A model generated the notes under the pieces. The model searched no databases, was not told the DNA's origin, and saw nothing but the letters and a program-made list of their open reading frames with translations. The position numbers and the translations under genes are program-made. 64,000 bases of DNA. It comes from Phoronis australis (taxonomy: Eukaryota > Animalia > Phoronida). This document shows, piece by piece, positions 1-13,400 of this stretch. Each line of letters begins with the position of its first letter. The first letter of the stretch is position 1. The stretch covers positions 3,625 to 67,624 of the forward strand of contig NMRA01000081.1 in NCBI GenBank assembly GCA_002633005.1. Direction: 5' to 3'.

Positions 1-1386
1 AACTCCTAAGATATAGACTTATCAAACTTTGTGGTGGACAAATATGTTTATTTTTTGCGTAAGATGTCCTTATTACATATACCAAATATCCACGACAACA
101 TCCCTGATATTGCCGGCACTGCGGCACTGATTGGTCCTTTTGTTAGCGTGCAAGCGGTCAAGGCAGACAATCGTGACTTAGAGATTGGTGTCTCATTTTT
201 TATTGCCTATGACAGCCAAAGTCAGGGGCAGATCCAGGATTTTTATTTAGGGGGGGCCCAGGGCAGAGTATTAGCCAGGATTTTGCCCGTCAGACGGCGG
301 ACCTCCGAACTGCCAAATGGAATGTGGGAGACTTTTAGGGGGGGAATGGCCTCCCTCTAAATCCACCACTGAAAGTGAAAATGACAACCCTATTAATCGC
401 CAAGCGATGGTCACGTCTTTACTTTCAGTTATCAAGAAATTATCTAACCCCTTTACTTGTTTTTGGGGCCACGTGCGCTAAATATGATTTGACTTTCACA
501 CGTTGCTGCCAGCGTAAATAATGGGCGCACCCAGGGGGAATCGGGGGCTCGAACGAGCCCCCCAATTTGGCGAATTGGGCAAAAAAGTTCGCCTCAGTGA
601 AACAAAAAGTCCCTTGAGTAAACGAGACAAAAATCCACAAAGTTCACCGACAGGAATTCGGCGCGGATGCACGATTGGCAAGCATGAACCTAGTTGCCTG
701 GTTTTTAGTTCTCGTTGATTTTTTTTCAGTAACAGGTCCGCATATGGAAGAATTCGAGCCCCCCTATATTTTAGCTGGGTGCGCGCATGCAAAGTGTAGG
801 CCTGCTCCAGCGATTCAAGTGGGGGGACCTCAAAGTTTCAAATCAAAAGAGAACAGCTACAGTCCTAAATGAAAGAGTATACCAGCTTGGCTCTGTTAAG
901 TACCCGGGTACATGCCAGTGGTTTATTTGNACCCGGGTACGTGCCAGTGGTTTATTTGAAAATGAACTCATAGATTCCCGGTGGTTATAAAAGGCCCGAT
1001 GCTTTACGATATTCCCCGGGACCGATATAATCCAGAACTGATATTTCCTATGACGATGTTTCCCGAGGTCGATGTTCCCTAAACCCTATATTCTATGCCC
1101 ATAGCCAGCTGTTGCAACTAAACGGGTACTAGATGTGAAATTGTGGTCAATGATTTTTTATTCTTCTCTTCTCTCTGGCAAGTTTTCGCTCCCCGGACCA
1201 CCGTCGCCGTAAAATGTTCAGACTCCACTAGAAGCATTCTTGTTTCGGATGATGCGGGCAATTAAAAACAAAAATATTCCGGGTGGCTAAAAAGGGTATA
1301 ATGTAGGTGGTAACGATATCCAGAAAGTCCCCCCTATACTCGATGGAGTTTGTCTCGCAAAATCGTAATATTATAACGTTTCTTAC

Positions 1387-1450
1387 CATTGCAGTCGTTT
1401 AATATCTTATTAACGCAAACACTCAGGTTGACGACAATGCTCACGCACAA
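1387..1450 (-). other. Possible first exon (ATG|gtaaga) of a gene running leftward out of the window
   Basis: ATG directly followed by GTAAGA on the minus strand at 1389-1381, with a TATA-like element at ~1615 and a kappaB-like GGGAAATTCTC at ~1523-1533. No downstream exon recognised. Confidence 0.25.
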
Positions 1451-3279
1451 GCCTACTCCCTACCTTTGAAGTGTTTTGTAATAAGCGGTCACTGATTTAC
1501 TAAGCGTTCCCCCTCAACCTTTGAGAATTTCCCATTAAGCGCCCACGGTTCAGGCTAGCGCCCATCATAGCGCACAACAAACGACCGCGCGTGATTTAAA
1601 ATTGACACGCAGCCTATATAGTGTGTCACTCTCATTTTATAAAACAAATTCAGTTTTCGAAAACATCTTTTCTCAATATGTAAAAACCAAATCCCGGCTT
1701 TGTTTCATACCTGCGAAAGAAACTTTCGTGACTGACTTATTTTCCCCATACTTGGAAGGTATTGAGGAGCAAACTTGAATTACGCGAAGGAATCCCGCAC
1801 GCACTCGGGAATTATTTCGAGGCCATTCATTTCATAGAAAACGAATTGTTGAGTACAGCATAAGTACCACATTTTTGTTATGAAATTTGCACTGAATTGT
1901 TCCTGCGCATCCAAATACGTCATTCGGTTAGGGCATTGTTTCACGTTTTTTTTTTGTCAAATGTTTTACAAACGTCGAGTTAAGTTGCAAAATTTGGGTT
2001 GCGGACAAAAAGTGGAGGGAATTTGCACTCCGAGTTAGTTTGGATCTTTAACGACTTTGATGACAGCCAGTAGCAGGTCAGATCTAGCAAAATCGCGGAT
2101 ACTTTTTCAACGGGCATTTTCTCCCTTAATCTTCACATCGCAAACGTAGCTACTCGAATGTTAGTTAGGGAGCACTGATTCAACTTTCACGTCGGCAACT
2201 TGCCTTGCGCTTGAGGGCCTTTCAATAGCCGTCGTGAGGAACAGTAATACCGTACCTGCATGAACGAACTCAAATTTGCGATCTGAAATTTGTCAGTATT
2301 TAACGCTGCAGGTAAGAGCATAATCTATACATTTTCTCGGTAATCTAAAANNNNNNNNNNNNNNNNNNNNGATTTTGAAAATGCAACCTGGGATTTTGGC
2401 TAGGTCGCAAAATGCAATCTGGCGATTTGAATAGCGTCGAGCCCTGTTTGGCTTAACTTTTTGCGTTTCTTCGGGAATTAACAAACAACAATGATTATGT
2501 TTTCAGGTAGAATTCAATTTCGGAAGCCAAGTTGATAGTGCGCGCGACAGTTTGATCTATTTCAGCCAGTTTATTACCAGTCATGGCTTCACGCTGACAA
2601 AAGGTACAAGACCGAAGTTTCTGATGCCGATGTGTTCTGTCTACCACCTTAGTTCCACATAAAATTGTGCGTATTTTGTATGTCCAGCTATCATAGCTCT
2701 AGTGATCTAATGACCCAGTGATCGCAGCCATATTAGTCATCAAAATGTCTACCTCCAGAATTCAACTTAATGTAGGTTTCGAACTTACATCGAGGAACGA
2801 GTCCCAGTTTTTGAAAAGGAATGTTTTCAACAAAAGTCAAAAAATATAACACGGTTGGTACCCTCTCGTTTACTGAGATGTAAGTCGCAAGTAAAAGACT
2901 ACACTCTGAATTCAGTTCTTCATGGCAAACTACAGAAGGATATTGTTATACAAACAATACTGTGACTGCTCAGAGATCAGAAATAGACAATGTTTGAAAT
3001 GACGCACTAACGCCTAAACAAGATTTTTAATCACACCCTCCTCGTGTCCAAAAAGTAGGCCTACTTTGCATCCACCGCTGTTATGACGTTTCTCACAATA
3101 TCGTAGAGGCTGAACCTAGGAACCCTTTAAGCACTCGCTGTCCATTATGAGAAGCTCGGTGAAAACATTGTACCATGAATGAGATGATTTTAAAATTTTT
3201 GAGGACCATGATGTATTAGCACTTTGCTCACACGTGTTTTATTTATATTGCACTGTGTCCTTGTTAAATAAATTCAAAA

Positions 3280-3472
3280 ATAATAAAAATAATAATAATA
3301 GTTATTATTAATAATATTAAAAATGATAATTATTATTATTATTATTATCAAAAATGATAATGATAACAATACCGATAACGACGAGTGATAGTAGTGAACG
3401 TACTAAAAGTAGTAATAGCAGTAATAGTAGTAATGGTAGTAATAGTAATTTAATAGTAATAAAAATGGTAAT
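3280..3472. repeat. (AAT)/(AGT) low-complexity microsatellite
   Basis: Degenerate AAT/TAT/AGTAAT runs. Confidence 0.85.
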
Positions 3473-4040
3473 GGGTAGCCAGATTTATGCCGGGTCAGCC
3501 CGGAGGGCATTCCTATAGAAGAGGTGTACTAAAAGTGCCGCCCAAAAATTTTTTTCACACCAAAAAATACTCTTCAACTTGAGATGGAGCCATTTTCAAA
3601 GAAAAATAGTATTTAAAAGGGTGCCTTTTCTGAATTTCTGGAACAGAAATGTGAGAAAATGTGAATTGTTACACAAAATTAGTCTCTAAATGGGTTAATT
3701 TTGTGTCCAAGCCCACTCTCTAAATAAACGGGTAGGTATTCAAATTTCTCGGGCGGCCGTGTAAAACACTATTTGTTTTCTATTTTCTTTGTAAGATGAC
3801 GTTGGTTTCGTAAAATGTAACAATGGTACATTTCTCTCATGTGCATTCGGCGTAAAATGTAACAACTTCGTAAAATGGAACAATTTCTTTCATTGTTTTA
3901 GGAGAGGCTTAGCATCGTACAATATACGGCGTATCACAGCACGCAGCGGGAGAGCTAGTCGGCGCGTGAGTGGAATGACGCTAATGAGATATACAGAGTA
4001 ATTCGTCAACCAAATTTTCATTGGGACAGGTTTTGTACTG

Positions 4041-4240
4041 AAGACGACGTTCCATTTGTTTTTAATTGCCTCCATAGATAACTGGTCTAATTGGCGGTAG
4101 GCTCATAGTGATGGCTCGCGTCAGGCGATGTGAAAGGTCAGACGCTAGCTCATGGCACTGACGCCTGACGCGAGATCAGCCTGCCGCCAGTTCGAGCGTT
4201 TATCTATAAAGGCCGTTAAAACAAATGGAACACCGCGTTC
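4041..4240. mobile_element. ~200-bp imperfect hairpin (MITE-like)
   Basis: GTTCCATTTGTTTT pairs with AAAACAAATGGAAC, and CTCGCGTCAGGCG pairs with CGCCTGACGCGAG, as nested inverted repeats. Confidence 0.65.
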
Positions 4241-5416
4241 AACTTAAAAAGAAAACGTTGCTTGCTTTCTCTCTAATTTGTTCTCTGCGTTATCCTCTGT
4301 GTGTTGTAGGGTGAACTGTTCTAATATTTGTACTTGTGTAGTTTCGCGGATGTATGATTGTTAGAAACGAGTATTCTGCTTTGCGCCAATAAACAGCTGT
4401 CCATCATTCAGTGATTATCCCCACTCGCCTACTGCTTGCTGATCCCTGCAGGACACCTGTTAAATTTTGATTTTTAAATTAAATACTGAAACCTGAAATA
4501 TTGAATTAAATTTGAAAATTCAATGTTCAATCAAAAATTGAAAGACAAAAATTCAAGTCAATATATCATGGTTCAATTATTGAATAATGAACATTGAAAT
4601 AATATTGATATAGGGATTCAGTTGTCTCGACTCCTTACACAATAGCCTGATCGTCGACCTTGAAACTATCTAAATGGCATTGGGAGACATTTGAGTAGGG
4701 GAGCATGTCATGCCAGTTTGATAAATTCCCAAGTCAGTAATGAAACATGTTGCCACGAATTGGTATTGTATTGGTTTCAATTATTCACATTATATAACAG
4801 TAAATGGCATGTTTTTCTATTGCACTGCAATAACAAGAGAACTAAACAAGTCAAAGAAAGTCGGTTCAAGTGCTGAATGATTGGGGCTGTTAAAACCCAC
4901 TTTCGACCATCACAGAAACTAACTTTCGATTTACTAGCACTAGTAAATTTCAGTTGATATCAACTTGTTCCTGACTGGATCACTGACTCCTGGACTTGTG
5001 TACAATGACACTCCCCGACACTGAATCAACATTCAGTTAAGAGCCTGATTTCAAGCGGTACAGTCAGTTTTTCTCAAGCCTATGAAGAGCTTGTAATTTG
5101 ATTCAGGAACAAGTCGCCAACAGTATTATTAAGCCAAGTGCCCAAAGTCAAAAGATATTTTCCCACAGAAGATGGGGAATTAAACCTGCCTTTCAGAAAA
5201 CTTCAAATTTCTGACACTTACAGTAGCTCTGTGACTACATTACAATCCCCCCACAAGGCACACCCAAGATCTTACACGAGGTAAACTTAAATATTGAGGC
5301 CACTTCAATGCCTCTGTGGACAGGGACACGAATTGAACAAGACTCAGTGGGCTGTAGCCTACACATGAGAAATACTCAGAGGTATTTAACTACTAAATGG
5401 AATCCTTTACAGCTTG

Positions 5417-5593
5417 GGTTTACTACGATGTATATTTGGGCAAAGATTGTCCAACACTAGGTTCCAATACCTTCAGTCTACCAACAACCAAGTACAGCAA
5501 CACTGGTTTACTACAATGTATATTTGGAAAAAAGATTGTCCAACACTAGGTTCCAATACCTTCAGTCTACCAACAACCTAGTACAGCAACACT
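5417..5593. repeat. Tandem duplication of an ~89-bp unit
   Basis: GGTTTACTAC...AAAGATTGTCCAACACTAGGTTCCAATACCTTCAGTCTACCAACAACC occurs twice. Confidence 0.9.
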
Positions 5594-6519
5594 CGTGTTA
5601 CTGGATAAAATGTACACAGAGTTATCAAAATATTTCAGAAATGTGACATTACATAGGCCACTTTACCATAGCAACGGGTTCGTAATTTATTCTACTAATG
5701 TTACAAGAACAATATGAAGGAGGTCTATACAAAGTACATTCCAATAACACCACATCTAAATTCACTAAGTGGTTGACAGTATCCCCAACTACAGTGAAGT
5801 GTCCCCAATCACAAAAGTGTCGAGAATGAAATCTTCAGATCTTCATAATTCAACCCAAAAACCCATTTACAGTAGACCTTACCAATGAAATTAATTAACA
5901 AAAACCTCCAAGTAAGACAGATTGTCATTTTTCAAAAGTCTTATTCAAAGTTCCAGAGCTTAACTTAAGAATAGCAAGTAAATTTCAAGTGTTTTTCAAC
6001 CCATCTCGTAATAACATATTTCATCCCGGTGTTCTCATTTCCCAAATATGTGTCTTAGCAATTTGATAAGCACAAACAGTTAAAAGTCAAAAAACAAAAT
6101 GACAAATCAGTTTTCAGAAGACCTGAAAATACTGCCACTACATGACTAGATGGCAAGTAGCTCAATATGTGACAACATTCAATATGTTGTACAAAAAAAA
6201 TCACCGGAAATAATGAAAATATTGTATAAATAATAAATATAGAAAAAAGATTACAACAATTGCATTATTGTAGGATAAAAGTCATTTTTTTCACTGTCAC
6301 ATTTTTAGAACTGCATTTCCCAGGGCCAATTAACTAGAACTTCAAAAAATTGGACAATAGAAGTGATACGAAATTTGCAAAGTCAGTGTTTCAAATGTTA
6401 CATTGTGTTGTTATTATGCCATGAATAAGTTCCTCTACTCCTGCAACAGTAGTCTTGCGGCCATGAAAGGTTGTACATAAGCACTCTAGTCACCAAATTC
6501 TGATTTCCGTTCACAACAC

Positions 6520-6755
6520 ACAGCATGGAGACAAGAGTTACCTGTCACCAGCATGGAGACAAGTGTTACCCATCACCAGCATGGAGACAAGAGCTACCTG
6601 TCACCAGCATGGAGACAACGAATACCCAAAGTTACCTGTCACCAGTATGGAGACAAGAGTTACCCGTCACCAACATGGAGACAAGAGTTACCTGTCACCA
6701 CAATGGAGACAAGAGTTACCCAACACCAACATGGAGACAAGAGTTACCTGTCAAG
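6520..6755. repeat. 28-bp minisatellite (~8 copies), probably in the FAR 3' UTR
   Basis: Unit CAGCATGGAGACAAGAGTTACCTGTCAC; explains the repetitive ORFs at 6525-6907. Confidence 0.95.
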
Positions 6756-7410
6756 TACAAGTAATCTATAAAACCCAACTAACATTTCGCCGACATGTAA
6801 AACGGCACAACCAAGGACAGAAGTTGGAGACACAAAATTTAAACTCCAGTTATTCTATCCCATCAAATTCAAATCATATGTCTGCCCTTCACCAATGCAT
6901 GGTCTAAGCAAGTTTACAAGGAAAAATGATCTATTTATTCATAATTTGTTCATCTGCTCAGCTAATGCACCAATCAGCACTTAAATACATCACACACTCT
7001 GGTAATTCTTCACTTGTTAAGCACAAAATATGACAGATCTGTGACATTTTATTTTGTCAAATTTCTGAATAAAAATATGAAGAAAATTTTAATAAATTTC
7101 AGCTTGGTGTTACAAAACATTTGTTTTCCATTGTTTCCACTAGGTTGATCAATACAAAAACTACAACTTTGGCAATTATTTTTTGTGCGAAATAAGTCAA
7201 GAAGTACACCACTATCCCCAATCTACTGTTGCATGTCGACAGCTGCCAGTCTGGCTATTGTTTCAATTCCCAACATAATCATTCAAGCTCAGAAAAAATG
7301 GCCACCTTTTTCAACACTGCACCCTTGCAAGTTCGACGTGGATAAACACGAAACGATCCAAGATGTGTGACAACAATCATCCATCCCATGACACCAGACA
7401 ACAAGACAAT

Positions 7411-10400
7411 TTACTTGGTACGGCTAATTGTACTCGTGATGCGCAGATTTCTGACAAACTTGAAAACCAATGCCATCAGTAGGTGCCATAGGTTGCGGGC
7501 GATCTCGGAGCGGGCGATCAACACCCTCCACAATACCACCACCATGACTGTGTTGAAGGTGTAGCGTACATTGCGTAACCTGACAGAACACATTAACAAT
7601 GTTATTACATAACTGCAATGAAACGGCCAGTGGAGCACCATTATTACCTCTATCGACACGCTCTGCTTTTTCGTGAACGACTTTTTATGTCACAGTATTA
7701 TCTATTACTAATTAGAGTGTGTGCGCGCCTTCAGGTAATTAGACACGACTGTTTGAGCTAAAAACTGAATTACAAAGTTGGACACATCAATCGAAGAGTG
7801 CAGAATGTGGTCAAGAAAGGCATACACGAAGTCATATGAGAAAAATCAAGGACTATAGATAAAACATGGCGAAAATAGCAACCACTTTTGTGAAAATAAA
7901 GCATAAAACATAATAATATAGCCAATCTTTAAAGGTCTCTGATAGTGAAATACTGATAATCATACAAAGAAAAACATGACTGCATGTAGACTTGTGTGAA
8001 TGATAAACACAGAGGTAAAGTTTTTTTACTTCAACCCATATTCACAGATTCTGAGGCAAATACAGGCAATTGATAAAGCAAATCAACTTGCTGCTCCATA
8101 TTCCTCAAGAAGACAGTTGACTATGTGGGTAAAGGTTTGACCCAATTCAACGAAATACACAATGAACAAGTGTTATGTACCTCCACAACTGTCCATGATG
8201 TAAGAATCTGATCTGATCAGCTTGCCAATAATGTGGTATATTGATGATTTGAGGTTAAAATCAGCAACACATGATCCTTAAAGGGGAAAACAACCGTTTT
8301 CGATGTTCACTTTTATTACAAAATAAATGTGAATCCCTGGTTAGCTTCAAAAGCTTTCAGCGGTACAACGTATTTCCTCTGGCTCATAGCAACAGTAGAA
8401 TAAGTGACGGAAATGCAGAAAGCCCACACATGGTCATGTGTATATTCACTTTTATAGACCAAACACAATAATTGAACACAGACTGTGTTTGTCATTGTGT
8501 TTATTAAAATGGAAGATACTTCACACACAACAATGTCCACTCCTTTCATTAGCAGCTGTAGGTCACCTTTCTTTTGTTGCCAAGGCTCAGAAAAACAACT
8601 AATTAACGCTTATTAGATCCCTAAAAGATAATCGGATTCGTATTTATAAGGCGACATCATAAACAAATGATGTCCTCATTACAGATAACTACACACTACA
8701 CAAAATCAGCAAAATGCTACAATTTAAGGTAAGTGTGACTCACCATTTGAGGTGCCTCCTTGCAGAGTCCAGACCACTAACATCTTCATTCAGCAGGTGT
8801 AGTTTGGTGCCCATCACGTACGATTCGATGTAGGTGGGCCAGTGGAGGGGGCGAGGATCAAAGTAGAATGTCTGCAAGGTACACAGCACGTCAGAAGGGG
8901 TTCTGGTCAATATACACAGTATGCAAGACTTCCTAGTGCTAAATAAATGAATACAGGAGTTTTAGAGGATTTGGCATTTTAGAATCCTTTGGAATTTTAT
9001 GTGGGACCTTATTGGCAGAATTGCACATTTAGCCAAATACCAGAACGATATGTAATTCAATTTTAAGTCAGTAGAAGTACATACCAGTGAAAGCAGAAAT
9101 CCTGTAGAATTTCAGATTTGACTTAATGGCAATCTTGCAATAATTAAGTCATGCGACATGTCTTTTCAGTAAAATTTAGCAAAAACAAAATGAACAATCA
9201 TGGGAAAACAAGAGAATTAATAACGATAAAATTTCTTTCGAGGTACATGTGCAAGGTAAAATCTCAAAAATGCTGTTACAGTTTTCAAAATTGATAATTT
9301 CACTTTTGTTTAAAACTCTTGAGTTTGACAATAAAAGATGAAAGCCACATTTTTTGATAGCCCCTCAAGCAAAAGTGGGAAAACTTTAAAAATAATTCCC
9401 AACTCCATGTAGTGCATAAAGAATAGTGTACGACAGTTTTATCAGTCATTTCTGAGCTACTGCGTTCCTAAGTATGACCATTCCTAAAACCAAAAGTTCA
9501 CGTAACAACATTTAATTCTTCTAAGGCATATTTAATTAATGTCAGTTTACAAGTCTTTGCTTTTGTCGCCTGTAACCAATATTGTCAGTTAAAATGAAAA
9601 AAATAAATACGTCAGAGAGATCCATTGCCTTTCTATCTATACCTTTATTATCATATTTGAAACTTATTCATGAAATCAAATGCCTTATGATGTCCAATTA
9701 CTGTGAACTAAAGACACAGTGCCTGGATAGGAATTCCAAGTCACCACCTTCTTACTTAGGTCAATGAGAGAGTAGTTTAACATGGGACTAACATTGAAAA
9801 AATATTTTAAGGCCCCAATACATACACAGATGTCTTCAATGAGTGAAGTCACAACAAAAATTGCCAACTGTTACCAAACCAGTGTGTAACTTACATTAGA
9901 TTTCAAAAAAGTTAAATTTCACAGCAATTTGTAATTATAGTTTTGCTTAAGTTACAAAGAAAAGGCAGAGGGGAACTAGATGAAAAATAATTTGGAAATA
10001 AGCAAAATCTCACGAGACCTTCAATGAGATTTCGTCGACTTTCTTTAAAATTTACTGGACATGTAACACCAGTTAGTACCTTGGAATCCTCAGAGCTCAT
10101 TGTACAAGTCAGTAAATCCAAATTGGCATATGTCCACTGCCACGACCTCATCGTGAAGTACTTCAACACGTCGATCATCTTGTTAAGCTTGGAGTAGGTT
10201 CTCACCATAATGGGTCGCTTGCCTAAGCAGCGATAGATAAAATCCAACATGTGGGCTGGCACCAGGTGACTGAACATGACCCAATAGTCATGGATCACAC
10301 TGCAAACAAGCAGTCATATTAAGTCACAGAGGGAAGGTAAATATTTGGTAGATGGCCTCTGGACTGGAACAGAGACTTCCACACAGCAATGCTCCTTGGA

Positions 10401-13400
10401 CCTAATGGGTAGAGCTGAAATGCACCCAACCAAAACCCTCATAGAAGGATGCTAAATATTTGGTAGACAGCCTCTGAAATGGGAGACTTCCTCAAAATAA
10501 AGTTATTTGGATGAAATGAGCAGAGTTGAAACAATTAACAGCAGTGAAACAAAAACAGTCATGGACGGACTGCAGACTGGAAGGACTTGTCACAAGGGAC
10601 AGGGATCATTTTAGAAAGACATGGTCAACTACACCATTAAGCTTGAAATGTGCCGTGGTGACCAATTTGACAGTCATACTGGAGTACAATATTCATATTC
10701 AAAACTTCACTCAAGTGGTTACCACACATCATCTGTACACTACATCTCACATCAACACCAAAACGCATAAATTTCGTTTTACACACAAACCCTTAAATTA
10801 AATGGAAAAATACAAACTAACGCTCTAAAAATCCAAAAAATATAAACAATGCAATACAAAAGAAATAGTACATAACCCAAGTCTCGTTGAAACGTACTTC
10901 TTGCTGAATTTTTTACACAGTAACTTTTGAAAAGTCACTCTTGATAGCAATTTCTGGCTATTCATGAAAAATTAGACGTGGTCAACTATTTTAGTGACAG
11001 CCAGAAAAAAGGAGAGTACAAACCTATTTTTTGTCAAAATCTTTTTCTTAGGACGCCTAAAGCACTTCTCAAATGGTGTGCAGTAAAAGATTTTTGTGAT
11101 GACATCCTCTGCAAAACATAAAACATTTAAGAAAATGAAAACGAAACTCACTCGTGACAAAAACACAAACAAACGTAGCAAAGACACTGGTGAGACAATA
11201 CCTCGTTGCCTTAGTCGGAGGAAGATCAAAAAATTGATGATAGAGTCCTTTCTTCTGGGCTAAAAGTGAATTATTCATTAATGCATTGTTATATAACAAT
11301 TACCTAATATAGACCAAACAGAGTCTGAAGTTCACATTTGTGTACAAAAGCAATGCAAGGTGTTGAATTAAGCCTACGGCAGCACTGCAAATGGCAAGCT
11401 TCTAAAGTGGATTCTAGATGATGCAGAATAAGTGTGGAAAAGGAAAGGGGTAGTTGTCTCCCTACTAGAAATTTATTTGCCTCATTTCATAGAGAAACTA
11501 AAAAGATAGAGGCATGCATAAAAGCACAATACCCTAGGAGTCAAAGCAGTAGTAAAAGCCATCTACCTATTGGCAAGTTAATAGGAATACACTCGCCAAA
11601 TGTCGTAACGACCAAGCAATGGGTTGAGGAGATACCGCTGCAGATGAAAAAAAAATGTGGGGGCAACACAGTGACTGGATCTGACCAGAAATCAACATGA
11701 GCCGTGCTCCTGTAAGTGTAAACACATTTCCGCATTTTCATGATGGTCCTCTGAGCTGTTTGGCAGATACAAAAACAGACCACAAAGAAAAGACTGGAAA
11801 ATAATAAAAATAGCCATTAGGTAGTACAGAATGTGTACAGAATGTGTACCGACATGGAAACGCACTGTCATCTTCACAATCAAAGCTCAACTGCCAAAAT
11901 TCAATATGAAAAATACCAAAGAACACTGAAGACAGTGACACAGTGGTATTCAGATCCGCTGAAAAACTGTGTTCAGGATGTGTCACATGCACTGGAAATA
12001 GTTCACAAATATTCTTCAAAGGATTAGGGAGAAAAAACGCAACTGTCATTAAAGATGTAGTTGCATGCTCCTAACTATGTATAGCAGGAACTTAACGATA
12101 ATGCTAACTTTAACATATAATCCACACTAAACAAAGTGTAGTTGTATTCACAGACAACTTGCAAATGTGAAAAGAAAAAATTCTACAAACAGGCAACCTT
12201 TGCACTAATGACATACCTCGCAGGCGCACATAACCCACATCATGCAGAGTTATTCCCCAGCATCACATCACGATACTTACTGGACAGTTTAGTGATTTGC
12301 GACGGATCATTTTTCGCCACAAAACACTTTCTTAAAAACAAATGGCAATTTTTAACCTACTTCATATTCACGTTGTTGCATTATGTTGTTTTTCTGACTA
12401 ATTTGGCCAAGCAATCACAGATATAAGGAATTAGCCTGCAAGTTTCACTTTAAGGGGTGCCAGAGCAGTCTCACTCATCTAAAAATTGCCATCATTCCTG
12501 GTTTTCTCATCAGGAACACATCTGCCAATTTTCATAAATCGTTTGGACGTTTTGACAAATGAAGATCAAAACATGGACTCGAAAATGACATAACAGAACA
12601 CTAGGTGGCGCAAAATAGGTCAGATCCATCCGAAAATAGAAAGGCATAGTTTTCTTCTCAACAAAAATTTATCCGTTTCATTTCAAGAGAATCCAATAAT
12701 GAACTCCCGATACAGGGGCACACTGTTGTCAGATCAGTTCGAAATTCATTATCGTCCACTATCAGCTTTAAAGGTACACACCTTCCAAATTTCACAAAGC
12801 CTTTAAAACTGGTCTGGGAGATATACCAGTGGACGCCAGACAACGGACACCCACACAAGAGATGACACCAATATGCAACCACACATATGTATATCTGGGC
12901 ACATAATAAAAGTACCACTACCAATAAACAGCTTGGTTTGAAATCAATGATGTAACAGAAATATTAACTCTGATTAGAAACAACGGGGTGACTTAAGATT
13001 ATCACCCGAACAATACACCTGTGATAGGTGATCCATATTTGAGTAAAAAATAACAGCAGTTACAACTACGATTAAAAATTGAAAATTAAGTCTTTCAACA
13101 GTTGCTGATTTCAGGTGCAACTGTGATGCAGTTAATCTATTTTTGCAAGTATTACGAACACTAACTGGTAAACTAATTTAAATATTAAACCTAGCTGCCT
13201 ATTACTGCACTAGAATTATTACTATATTACAATTTGTTTCGACTTACGCATTTCTCCCCAACTGAATGGGTTAAGAGACCCTGTCGTGCAGTGGTACACT
13301 AGTGTTTCCGTTGGGTGACAGAGGGCAGTGTACCAGCCCACATTTATCATCATGTTAACAGGAAGGTCGACTGGAACTATGTCCGCCACGGCCTCTTCAT

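Noticed and set aside
900-960. Short direct repeat around N 930
   Set aside because: Same N-join pattern; likely an artefact.
31-990. Short ORFs at the window start
   Set aside because: They overlap GC-rich MITE-like fragments and show no recognisable protein motifs.
6520-6755. CRISPR-like regular repeats and repetitive ORFs
   Set aside because: No unique spacers and no cas genes; this is a eukaryotic 28-bp minisatellite.
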